Shown: in pieces, positions 26,664 to 45,398 of the stretch
How the letters are laid out: each line of letters starts with the position of its first letter
How positions within the stretch are numbered: the first letter of the stretch is position 1
Origin: Balanoglossus misakiensis
Taxonomy: Eukaryota > Animalia > Hemichordata
Reading direction: 5' to 3'
DNA: 64,000 nucleotides
Assembly: GCA_040954595.2 (NCBI GenBank)
Contig: CM082587.2
Location: 5,568,206-5,632,205, forward strand
Position numbers and translations under genes: made by a program
The notes under the pieces: model-generated
The model's database searches: none
Told to the model about the DNA's origin: nothing
The model's input: only the letters and a program-made list of their open reading frames with translations

Positions 26664-27921
26664 ATCAACCAATCAATCAATAATTAGCACACACATTATT
26701 AGCAAATGTTAATTTGTTTATCATAAATTCGTTAAAGATGACGGTAAAGCATTTTTATCATTGCACCAACAAAATGTTCTACTTTATAATTTTAATGATT
26801 TTATTCATTTGATAATTAAATAGGAAAGGATCATTCTTACATCCAATTATCGTGTTGTCTCTATGTGAATATAGAATATAAGTACATTGCCCCATTGGCA
26901 CGAGTTTTTCAGAAAGAAAGTAAAACCCTACCCCAGGCCGTACAATGATACTAGTGGGTGGCGCTTTGCGGTCGAACGTGTTGCTCATTTTTTATGACTT
27001 GCCTGCATAAGTACATTCGAAACATAAAAAAAGAGTTTAATTAACTTCTATTTTCAGCATCGGTAGACTAATCCCATCCTGTATCATGCGGCCTACCGTA
27101 GGGAGAAATTGCACAAAGTTGGCCATAACAAAGAATGTTGGTTGAGCGTATAACCCAAGTCTTAATTTCTGATGTCCCAAGGAAGAATCACATACATATG
27201 TATTGATTAACCCTTAGAACGCCATATTTTCTCTCTGGGGCAACGCCAACATACATTCCACCGACAGTACCTGCTACCAGCAACATTAGTACCATGTCCA
27301 AAACAGTCGTGCGTTGCAGAACTTTGGCAACAGCACAATGACACAAAACAGGGCCTTCACTTTTGTGGACGACGTATTGAAAGATTTCAGTTTATATGTT
27401 AATGCTGTCGTAGTATGCTTCAGAAGACAGGCCTATGTCCTCAATATACGTGCCAGACTGGTGTTAACAGTTCGCGCTCAGACAAAAAGATGTCTAGGGT
27501 TACCAGCTACGTTGTGGACATGGCCAGTCAAAATTGGTATTCATTTAATGATACCAAAGATTTCCAAACAGTGACTTTTTCTGTCCACAATATTGTACAG
27601 AACGTCGGTGACACAGCATTCGACTTACTTTCGTCAAAGATAAAGGACATTCAATAGAAGTTTTATACGTGCAGTTGAATTTCGGGTCATTGAGAAACTA
27701 GGTGTTCTAGGTGATTGACCTAATCATTCGGTCACCTATAGAAAATGTCAAAATTCATCATCTGTAATTAAATGCAGGGGCATTGTTAACGGGAAGATTT
27801 GAATAAAGCCCGACAGGCTTCAGAAGCCAAGACTGGGTGCAGCCTACTATACAGTTTAGTTTGCACAACTGCGCGAATAGTGAACAGTCTGACGCTATAT
27901 ATTGGCTTGACAAGTGACCTG

Positions 27922-30900
27922 ATGGCTTCCCTGTCTAGTCGTCCACTGTTCGTTGTCTGCGGTTTTTTCCTCTGTCTTTGCCCCGCGGTTTCGACTCAGG
28001 CATTAAATGAAAATGAAATCGCCGGCCTACGAGACTTCATCTCGACCACGATGGCGTGCAAGAATGTCACCGGGCTGACCATCGCCATGGTCCGCAACGA
28101 CGAGACCGTCTTCGCCGAAGGGTTCGGACACATCCGTCACGGCAACGAGACACCCGTTACCGAAGAAACACTTTTCAATATCGGCGGGATCACCAGGTCC
28201 TTCACATCGGCCATCGCAGCAGACGCTGTTGCAAAATCACTGACAACATGGGACACACCTGTAAGGTCTGCGTTAGGAGATGATTTCTGGTTGCAGGGTC
28301 AGTTTCGCACTGAAGAAGTCAGTCTACGCGATCTTCTCGCCAGTAAAGTTGGTATTCCAAGCTACTGGGGAGTAAGTACAGCAGCTATGGACGTTTCGAG
28401 AGAAGAACTAGTCAGGTACGTTTTTTTATTCTTCTCTGACAGGAAAGTAAAGAAAACTGCCAATATACATATTGGGAGAAAGTCAACGGAATCTCTTCAG
28501 TCGAGATACATGTAGTGAATACAGGTCACTTAGAAATGTTTAAGAAACTTGACGTGCATTTATTCATAAACCCGAGATTCACTGTAATGCGTTGTATTGA
28601 AGATGCTAAAAGATTTTGTATTGTCCCCTGAATGGTCTTGGTCAACGGTAACCCTCCCAATGTTCGCTGCACAAGTTCACCTGTTGATCTAAATTCTTTG
28701 AACTTCGATTTTTTTTTATTTGGGCTCTTCTCCTTTTTTTTTTACTTTCCCAGGAGAATGCGATTCTTCGAGGAAGCGAAAAAGTTTCGTTCGGGCTGGT
28801 TGAGTAGCAATTACATGTATGTTCTGGCTGGCCACGTGACCGAAGAGCTGACGGGACAAACCTGGGAAGAGGCTGTGAAGAGTACCATTTTTGATAGATT
28901 AGGTAGATGTATTCATTGTCATATTAGAATAGTGTAGCCTTGTATTGTTCGGCAGATACTTTGAAGTTTTGAGGTCACAGGGCGCATTCTGTTACACTGT
29001 TGGAGCGGTGCGACAATGGGGAAATAGGGCGGATGAGACGGGTGGAGTTGACAGCAAGGTATAGGAGTCGGACCATAAGCATTGGACCGTGTTAATGATG
29101 TCACTGTGACCTTTAGCGCTAGCGTGGCTTTTAAGGTTGACTGCGCCACGAAAATATTTAACTTTTTCTCATATTTTGCTCAAGGCAACCTTAGGATATT
29201 CTCTCTTAAAATTGAGGGGTCACAGTTCGAAAATTTTGAAAGACAGAGCAAAATTGTCTTAAATTCGAAATTCAAAATGGCCGCCAATCTCTGTGTTAAG
29301 TCTATGGAGAACATTTCAAGTAGCGATTTTCACTAAAACAAGACGATGAACACCCAGGATTCTTCTTTGTTTTCACAAAGGCTCCTCACACGCTGGAATT
29401 TGAGGAAAAATTGGAAAATTTGGGCGACTATCATTTTTTTCTGTAAACATGTCCCCGAGGCGCATACCACTTTAATCAGGCCAGACAAACACCGCGGCGG
29501 TAAAAAGAACGACACAGTCCCAGGGGCCGGGTACGTCACTCAAACAAACAAAAGCAGGTCTGTCCATTGTACCATAGACCCTGGAGTCTATGATTATACC
29601 AAGGATCAGCGGGGGTTATTTGTACGGTGACTTAAAAAATGACAATTGGAATCTCGTGCTTTGTATATATAGGTATGAGTTCATCTCGCGTGAGTGCTGA
29701 GATGGAGGACGAAGATTGGACAAACACGTGTTGGTCGAGGATAGAGTCCGTGGGTGACTGGATTGAAGTGGACGAGCCAGGACAAGTCAGGTAAAAAAAC
29801 AAATGAAAATTAAAGACCATTAATTGACATTTTATTGGAAAATTATTTTGTTTTATTTTTGAATTGATGATCGGATTTCTGTAATGATATGAAATTTCTA
29901 CATCTTCACCTGTAAGCAGTTCAAGCTCCCCAAGCTCATGATTGATGTTGAAATCAGATAAACGATTTCATTATCAGACTTTACCAAGTTTGTCTAATCA
30001 AATTAATTTCTTTTCGAACTGTTGATGGGATTTCAGTTTTTAGAAGCGGCGTTTATTTACAGTAATTTCTTGAAATTATTTCTTCTGATTTTACGTCTTC
30101 ACAGTATCTTGAATGGAATCGGTCCAGCGGCGGGAATATATTCAAATGCAGTCGACATGGCCGAATATTCCAAGTTCCATTTGAACTATGGCAGAAACCA
30201 GACTGGCGACGAGGTAGTCGAAGAGTCCACACTGCGAGACACATACACACCGACGTTCTCACCATCGAGAACATGTTGCCTTTTCAGGCCTACCTATCCT
30301 GTAGATGATACAAGTAATATGTACGGGTTGGGTTGGTATACTGGGTCGTACCGAGGTAAGATCACAGCATGTGTGCCAGAAAGACCTTAGGCCTACCCCC
30401 GCATTTCAGTAAGGCACACAAAATCGATGATGAAGTCATCGATGATAACTTTATAAAAGTGTATCTTTCTGATATTCGATACAAGACACCCTTTCCCACA
30501 TCAATTAAAATCCCATGTCCGTAACCAGACGAACGCTATACATCAGTCAGTGCTTTTTTTTAATTATTCTGACCAAACGCACCGTGTTTGAATGTCCGAC
30601 AGGTTATGCCGACGTCTATCACAGAGGCTCGTACAGTGGATACCATTGTCGTTTGACGCTGTTCCACGGCCAGAAATCAGGTGTCTTCGTTTGTGTGAAC
30701 AGTCCTGGCGACAGCAGAGGACTTGACGCTGTCTATGCTGTCAGTATGTATGCATCCGATCTGTTGTTAGGTAAGTCTTCCGTATTGAATACTAGTATTG
30801 TGTGATTAACAATTGGTAGATATCATTATTCGTTGGAAATTGGCTCCGTTGCCCAAGATGACATACAACGTGCAACGCTTGCAAGCTATGACACCAGACT

Positions 30901-32693
30901 CTCTCACAGCCCCTCTCGCCCGCTGACGATGATGTGATTGCCTGTGTTCGCCACTTTCTCCTGTGCTATACTGCTGAGGGCGCGTCAGTGTACAACATGT
31001 ATATACTAAAGAGCCTTGTAGCGAACCGTCGCTGTGCGAGAGTCTGGCTATGACACACGCGAAAAGGTCACTGTTTCATTCGGATGTGAAGTACTCTCAA
31101 TGCAATGAAAATGTATACATACGAAAGCAACTTATTTAAAACACTAAACAATCTTTCAGCGTTACTCTCTTTACTAATATTTTCCATACTAACTAAGTTA
31201 GTGTTTATTATGTCTTCCATAAAGATCTCGACCCATGGCTAGACACATTGTTACGGATAACAGACCATTGTTACGGTAGAAAAAACCGGGAGCACACAAT
31301 GGAGTCTGTGGTTCAACAACAGAATATTTAATTGAACAACTAGCCTTCTAAAAATCAAAAGGTCGCACAGAAAAAAAATGCGTTTTACCCTGCTTGGTCG
31401 AGGAGATACCGAGTCCACAAAAGTCCTGGCCGAACTCAAGCCTCACCAAGGCACACAAGTCCGTTGCTGACGAAGTCCGACATTCACAGAAGCCAGTTGC
31501 TCACAAAAGTCAGTTGCTCACAGTAGTCCGTTGCTCACACAAAGTCCAGCTATAGTAAATTCCTAATTCCCAAGGCGATGTGGTTTGACGTGCTCCTACG
31601 AGTCAGTGTTGAGAAGTGTGCCTCGTGTATTTTGTGAGAAGGTCTTTTGTATGGGTGACCATCTGGTTATTACTAATATTTAAATGAACTAGTTGAAAAG
31701 GCAGGGCCCTTTGTTATGCAAAGAAAAGCTACTCCTCTCTCGACCAAGCAACTAAACAGGGTGTGTCGTAACACAATGTACACACAATTGACGGTTTATC
31801 CTAAGGGGGAGTCTTCGAAAGTTGTCAGATTGTATAAGGCAAAGCGTAGATTCCAAGATATTTCGTGTAATGCGAACATTTAGAGTTAACGTGACGTCTA
31901 TGCTCTTTGCTTGCTTGCTCTGATACACGTGAACATTTGTTGTTCCATTTGGATGTGAAGCTTGACCATAAACATGTCTACAGAGGAACAACAACCAGAC
32001 AAAAAACACACAAGGACAATAATGTCTTTCTCACGCCTGTAAATACTTTCCATGTTTAATATCTCAGTGTTTTATGTCTTTCACAAAGGTCTAGAACCGT
32101 GGCTAGACACTGATACCGGATGTAGCTACCCAAATCCTTGGAGAGAACCCGCTAGAACTTACCCACCATTGAGACCAATGACGGATTCCCCTTATACAGC
32201 TCAAAGACCACTGACTGACTATGTTGGCGAATATGGGAACTTCGCGTTCGGGATCTTCTCAATAACCTACGATGGAGACGACATGGTCCTCCGCTATACG
32301 TTTGGGAAGTTGCTACGCGGAACACTTTCCCCGCACGAGACCTCCAACACGACGCTGTACATGCGAATAGAAGGCCCAGTCTCGTACCGCGAATACTTCT
32401 ATTCCCGTTCCTATCCTCACGGCTGGGAAGTCGAGTTCACCCCGGACGAAGACAACAACCTTGTTAATCTGACGGTGCCTTATTTTGAGTACACGTACAC
32501 ACCGGTTTTCAACAAGGGTCTGAAGATGTCTGACGCCCCGATCCAGGAGGATCCAGACCCAGATTGCAAGATCAGCCCTGTCAGCGCAGCGCCGCATGCT
32601 CATCCACCGAAAGGAATCCTTGAGACAGCCGCGTTCATAACGATCGAGTTATTAGGCCTACTCATCATGTCTTCAAATGTTCGTCTTGGATAG
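27922..32693 (+). CDS. Beta-lactamase-like protein, copy 3
   Basis: Same exon structure; [19 protein letters not shown]; last exon from about 32089; hydrophobic tail. Confidence 0.85.
29131..29475. mobile_element. TTAA-flanked non-autonomous DNA transposon (Kolobok/piggyBac-like MITE)
   Basis: TTAA-GGTTGACTGCGCCACG ... CGAGGCGCATACCACT-TTAA imperfect terminal inverted repeats; not seen in the paralogous introns. Confidence 0.5.
31269..31773 (-). mobile_element. Solo-LTR-like element (about 505 bp)
   Basis: Termini TGTTACG...CGTAACA (perfect 7-bp inverted TG..CA ends); flanks CCAT/CAAT (imperfect 4-bp TSD); ATTAAA on the minus strand; short internal repeats (GTTGCTCACA); second partial copy at about 20279. 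Confidence 0.6.
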
Positions 32694-32765
32694 AACGTAC
32701 ATGACAACAAGAAGTATATAGTTCCTGTGATTAATGTAGACTTTACTCTAAATTTAGCAGAGCTA

Positions 32766-32798
<33 letters not shown>

Positions 32799-33787
32799 AT
32801 CAATCAATGTATCTATCTATCTCACTGACAAGCTCAAAACTTCGGAAAAACTCCAAATAAAGCTAATTATTGAAATATGACATATACTACTAACAGAACT
32901 TAAGTTATAGTAATGGAAACTGTTTAACACACAAATATACAACTTGAGGGATTTGTTTGAGTTCTGTAAGTGTTCAACTATGCCTAAACATAAATAGTGT
33001 GGTAGTGACGTGGCAATGACATTGAAAGTGTTTCAAAGGCTCTAAGAGGTATATACATCTTTAGAGCTATACCAACTGGCTATTCAAGTCTTCTTACTGA
33101 TATGCCTTGTCATTCATCAACATCAAACGTTTACTGCTATAAATGTGCACAACTGCTCTTAATTGATGAAGTATGGAGTTGATCTCTTGCCACTGACTGT
33201 GGGTTACCCCCCCCCCCCCCGCGCCCCCAGTGTTTTACATACGTAGGAATGCACGGCATGTAAGGTATGGACTAGAGGGGGTACCAATATCAGTATGCAA
33301 GTCTCGAAGCACCACATGTGCTATAGCTGTCCTGGGATTAAAGATGATGAATTGTCTGACGGAAAATTATCCAAGTAACCCCAACGACCGACGGTGATGA
33401 CAAAAACACATTTTACTGCAGGAGTCAACGATATCAGTTGAATGAACTCTCTTTTAATGCATTTTAAACTAGAAGATCTGGTCCCTGGCCTTTGATATTC
33501 TATGACTCATCCACTTACCTAAAAAAGACTTCGCTCAATTTGTCAAACGTAATTGAATAATAAGGTTATAAATTGTGTATTTGGCTGCAGATATAAGGTT
33601 TCTCAGGCGAATTGGCACATTTGGGTGATATATTTCATGCAGGAGCAAAGTTCTTGCAATAATTTGAATAAAGCCCGATAGGTTCCAGGCCTAAGCGCCG
33701 GGTGCAGCATACCGAACTGTAGTTTGCACTACTGCGTGTAGTGAACAGTCCGGCTGTCACGCGGCTATTGGCTTTGAAAGCGGTGTG

Positions 33788-36707
33788 ATGGCTTCGCTGT
33801 CTGGTCCTCCACTGTTCGTTGTATGCAGTCTTTTCTGCTGTCTCTGCCCCGTGGCTTGGACTCAGGCATTAAATGAAAACGAGACCGCTAATCTACGAGG
33901 CTTCATCTCGACCACGATGGCGTGTAAGAATGTCACCGGGCTGACCATCGCCATGGTCCGCGGCGGCGAGACCGTCTTCGCCGACGGGTTCGGGAACACC
34001 CGTCTCGGTAACGACGCACCCGTTACCGAAGAAACACTTTTCAATATCGGCGCGATCACCAGGTCCTTCACATCGGCCATCGCAGCAGACGCTGTTGCAA
34101 AATCACTGACAACGTGGGACACACCTGTAAGGTCTATGTTAGGAGATGATTTCTGGTTGCAGGGTCGGTTTCGCACTGAAGAAGTCAGTCTACGCGATCT
34201 TCTGGCCGGCAGAGTTGGTATTCCGAGCTACTGGGGAGTAACTACGGCAGCTATGGACGTTTCGAGAGAAGAACTAGTCAGGTAAGGGATTTTATTCTTC
34301 ATAGAAAAATAAAGAAGGCTGCGCTACGTGTTACCTTGTACAGATTTTGTATCTTCCCCTGTTTGGAGTTAAGGGAATGATCCTGCTCAACGGTAACCCC
34401 CAAACATTCACCAGCCCTGTTGATCAAAATTCTTGGAACCGAGAAAATTTTCTATTTGGGCGTTTTTTTTTCGTTTTTTTTTTTTATTTTCCCAGGAGAA
34501 TGCGATACTTCGAGGGCGCGAAAAACTTTCGTTCGGGCTGGTTGAACAGCAATTACTTGTATGTACTGTCTGGTCACGTGACCGAAGAGCTGACGGGACA
34601 AACCTGGGAAGAGGCGGTGAAGAGTACCATCTTTGACAAATTAGGTAAACGACATTCGTCGTAATTTTTATGAACATGTTGCTTTCTAATATTTCTGCCA
34701 ACCCGGCGTGGGCGTTTATGGCGGATACGTACGATAGATATAACGCAGTATGTTACATGAAAATGGGTAGGCCTAAATAGGGCGGATGGGAGGGGTGTTG
34801 GTAATAGCAAACCATATACTCGAAGCGGACGGTAAGAGTGGATGCGTCTGTCAATTTGTGACCAGTTGCTATTAACCGGGTTAATATATGCTTACTGATC
34901 GTAGACTGTGTTTCAAAAGGTCAACCTAAACCTTCTGCTGACAGAACACAGAATATGACAGTCGCAGAGGTCGGGTTCAGAGAGGGGTTATTTGAACGTT
35001 CGCGTGTACAAAGTGTAAACTGAGTGCATGGAAATCTCGTTCTTTGTACAGGCATGAATTCATCTCGCGTGAGTGCTGAAATGAAGGACGAGGATTGGGC
35101 AAACACGTGTTGGTCGAGGATGGAATCTGAAGGTGACTGGATTGAAGTGGACGAGCCAGGACAAGTCAGGTACAATGCAAAGTTTAACCATAAAGAAATT
35201 AAAGGCCCTTTAATTTTTCTTCTACTGAAAAAGTGATTTGAACGAAGACCATCCACCAACTGCGCATGTTCAACCGACAAGACCAAAGTCAACACATCGG
35301 AATAACTATACAGTATCGAGTTTAGAGAACAGGTAGATTGTCTTGGATGTATTTCTTTTCGAAATGATGAACGGATTTCAGTTTGTTTTAAAGAGGTTCG
35401 ATTTCACGATGATTTCATGGAATTTCTTGCATCTTCGCAGTATGTTGAATGGAATCGGCCCCTCGGCGGGAATATATTCAAATGCAGTCGACATGGCCGA
35501 ATATGCCAAGTTCCATTTGAACTATGGCAGAGACCAGACTGGCGACGAGGTAGTCGATGAGTCCACACTGCGAGACACATACGCACCGACGTTTTCACCA
35601 TCGAGAACATGTTGCCTTTTCAAGCCTACATACCCTGTAGATGATACAAGTAATACGTACGGTTTAGGTTGGCATACTGGGTCGTACCGAGGTAAGATCA
35701 CATCCATACATGTATTTACATAAATGCTATACACATCACTGGACATGTAATTATGTATCTGTCCTGTATATTCGATGCAACGTACGGTTTATTAAATACA
35801 TAAAATCCCTTGCCCGTCTTGACGAACTCTACATGCCGTGCTTTTATTCACTTCTTCTGACCCTGCTCTACGCGTTTGTCTATATTTTCGATAGGTTTTG
35901 CGAAAATCTTTCACAGTGGCTCGTACAGTGGATACCATTGTCGTTTGACGCTGTTCCACGACATGAAATCCGGCGTCTTCGTTTGTGTGAATAGTCCTGG
36001 CGACAACAGAGGCTATGACGCAGCATACGCCGTCAGCATGTATTCATCCGACTTGTTGCTAGGTAAGTCTCCGTGTAATAATGTCATACTGTTGTAGACG
36101 GTGTTTTAATATATAAATCGGTAGCAAATCATTCGTTCTTTCGTTCATTTGACATGGGCATTGTGTTTATTATGTCTTTCACAAAGGTCTAGACCCATGG
36201 CTGGACTCTAACACCGGATGTAGCTACCCAAATCCTTGGAGAGAACCCGCTAGAACTTACCCACCACTGAGACCAATGACGGATTCCCCTTATGCAGCTC
36301 AAAGACCACTGACTGACTATGTGGGCGAATATGGGAACTTCGCGTTTGGGAACTTTTCAATAAACTACGATGAAGATGACATGGTCCTCCGCTATACGTT
36401 TGGGAAGTTGCTACGCGGAACACTTTCCCCGCACGAGACCTCCAACACGACGATGTACATGCGAATAGAAGGCCCAGTCTCGTACCGCGAATACTTCTAT
36501 TCCCGTCACTACCCTCACGGCTGGGAAGTCGAGTTCTCCACAGACGAAGACAACAATCTGGTTAATCTGACGGCGCCCTATTTTGAGTACACGTACACAC
36601 CGGTGTTCACCAAAGGTCTGAAGATGGCAGACGCGCCGATCCAGGAGGATCCTGACCCAGATTGCAAGATCAGCCCTGTCAGCTCAGCGCCGCCTGTTCA
36701 TCCATGA
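33788..36707 (+). CDS. Beta-lactamase-like protein, copy 4 (lacks the hydrophobic C-terminal tail)
   Basis: FNIGAITRSFT, WLNSN, HSG; ends SSAPPVHP*, where paralogues continue into KGILETAVF-like tails. Confidence 0.83.
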
Positions 36708-37792
36708 AAGGAATACTTAATAAACAGCAATTGTCAGCACTCCTCCAACGCTCTTGCCAGATAAAACATAAACGACGTTGATAGGATGATTTGACATAGT
36801 TGTCTAATAGAGACATGAACTCTCATATTGCACAGTAGACAAATCCACGTATTACCTCTATATTAGATAATATAATAGAAGGAACATTTTGTATTGAGAT
36901 AACCTTTGGCTAAAATTGACTAGTGATTTTGATATAAGTGTTTTGGTTACTGTGTCTTGGAAGCTTGCAGTAGTTTTGTCAACGTGGCAATATTGATATT
37001 AAAAGTACGCCTTTGCATCCTATAAGCTTATTAGAGTCTTGGTCATTTTCGTTAGCAAAGTTATACTGTGTTTGGGAATGATTCTTAATAAGTGAATAAT
37101 TCGGCATATAGATGTTCATGTAAGGCCAGAAAATATGTAGAGTTGTCACAGGTAGCGATTGCTCCCAGTGAAAGAATTATGCTAAAGTATGATGAGTTAT
37201 CTGGCTAAGAAATTTCAGTAGCAGCAGACTGCATGGAAAGTAATCAAGATTAATTATTTAAAAAAAAAAAGCAGCTGCCAACGCAACAGCTGAGCAGAGG
37301 AACCAGTAGGTCTCAGTGTTCCAGATATCCTGTCCAGGCACGCACGGAGCTGACTGCCTAAATCTTACTTGCTAGAGACCAGGATCCCACAGCTGTTTGC
37401 AGTATAGGAAACCCGAGAACATCTATCCAGACATAACGAGTTCTGAAGTTACGATCCAGCTTTGACCTGTGTAGCGTATTGCTGACATCCCGGTATTTCT
37501 GATAGATAAGTTCCAGCTGTTAACTTTCCACTGAGTTTTTTTTAAATGTATGCTATAAAACCAGGAAAGATGAATATCATATCTGTAGCAGTGGAAGAAT
37601 AACTGGGCTTAGAAATTACTTCTTCATGGCACTGCAAGAGGATATCATGCACAAAGCTAGTGAAAATGTTTTATAATATAAATCAACCAAGACGATCAAT
37701 CGTGAGCTTGTTATTGTCTTCTGTTTTTCCTTTCCTTTAGGTAACACGGTAAACTCATGTAACCTCTGGCAACATGGTAGTCGTTTATGATG

Positions 37793-43568
<5,776 letters not shown>

Positions 43569-44207
43569 ACTGATGCCTGGGGAATTTAAAAAGGTATTTT
43601 GTGCACGGAGAAATCACCAACCAAAATTCCATCATCTGCGTTCATGGATATACCAATATAAAATGTACACCCTCGTCACCCACATCACCGCATCACCGAG
43701 TGCAAGTTACCCTGGAGTGGGAGTTTCAATATAATCAGCTCACGGTTTGACTTGACGCCAAACTCATTCGGAACACCACATGTTTTACTTTTGACAAGGC
43801 AGCGTATAAAAAGTTAAAATTGAAAGGACAAACTTAAGCTGATGGGTAACAAAGCCGTGGACAAACCTGTTTTCTTCCTATGACAGTAAAGAAAACGATG
43901 TCGACTCGCTGCTGCTTCCTCCGGTCCGTCGAATGATATGGCATAACCTCTCTTTACAGATCCAGTGAAGCCAAAGGGCAATAAATTTAAATGCCTATTT
44001 AGGAAAATGAGCCAACTATAGTTCTGCCTAAATACATATATGAAATCCAAACTGGTTGGGGCCTGCTTGCACACGTCACGTTTAATTGTGCTATCAAAAC
44101 ACAATATGGCCTCAATGAAATGAATGGAAATTGAAACCTATAATGTGACTGACTATTGCAATTTTTGGTGACAATTTGGAGGCAGGAGTCTGTGGATTAA
44201 AGGGACA

Positions 44208-44210
<3 letters not shown>

Positions 44211-44264
<54 letters not shown>
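44211..44264. repeat. (TC)n microsatellite
   Basis: Direct reading. Confidence 0.95.
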
Positions 44265-44268
<4 letters not shown>

Positions 44269-45398
44269 CCCCTTTTCCATTAATTATGTTTGATACAAGA
44301 CACCGTTTGTGTTATTCTACATGTGGATATATAGTGAATCAACGTTCGACCACATATAACTTCCATCCCACTTGTAGACACGAGAATGAAAAACTAGCCA
44401 AAATAAATGATCGGTGTTTACCATTTATTCATTATAGCGAGATCTAATATAGTACAAGTGTAAAACACCTCTTCGACAATCAAGTCTGTTTGGGGTATCC
44501 GCTGGTGCCCTCTCTTTTAAATTTGACTCCCCTTTTAAATTTAAACAAACATTAATAGCTTTTCAATTAAAACGGGACACATTTTCTATGAGTTAATTCC
44601 CTGTTGAGCTGCCTTGCCAGCAAAAATGGAGAGATCGTGCAGCGGCCAGCTAATTATGGCTCTAATTGGTGTCCTGAGAAGTCGGCCAGTGCCCGTCAAA
44701 CGAGAAGTCGGACAGTTGTTGAACTTGAACCCGAATAGTGCAGTAATGACCCATATTACTTATAACAACGCTTAATAAAAAATAATTGCACTAAATATGT
44801 TCAGTTGGACGGTCCCCCCCCCCCCCCCACCAACACAATCTTGACAACACAACAGCGTAACAAATATTGCGTCTGGCGTCCGTATCGCTACCCCGGCCCC
44901 TCTAATTCGTCAGTCAGTTATAAAAGGTATTTTCCTGGTATTGTTGAGTCTCCGAGTCACAGAAACATTGGTTTAAAGGTACACGGTCATCCTTAGTTTA
45001 CATACATCCATATATGGCTGAAATGACGTGCTTGAGTGTTCTAAAGAACATGCATACAACGATAGCTACGTTCAGTTTGTGTGGAGTCTGAATAAATGGG
45101 GTGCGGCAACCGTTTAATATATAGCGTCTTCAAAGTTGTGTGACTGAGCATGGACTGAGCCCAGTTGACTACACACCGTGACACCCATGCAGAGTTTTAC
45201 GGGTCACCGTGCAACAACAAAAAAAGACTCGGTATAGACTGTCAATGACCCATCACTTCAATTCAATTCAGAGAAGCACCTTTCCTCGAATGGTCCCCCT
45301 TAACCTAGCGACGATTTGGGTTCATTCTTTAATACAGGAGGGTAGCAGAAGTCGGGTATTTTTGCAGACATAAACGACTGTTTCTGAAAGAATATACC

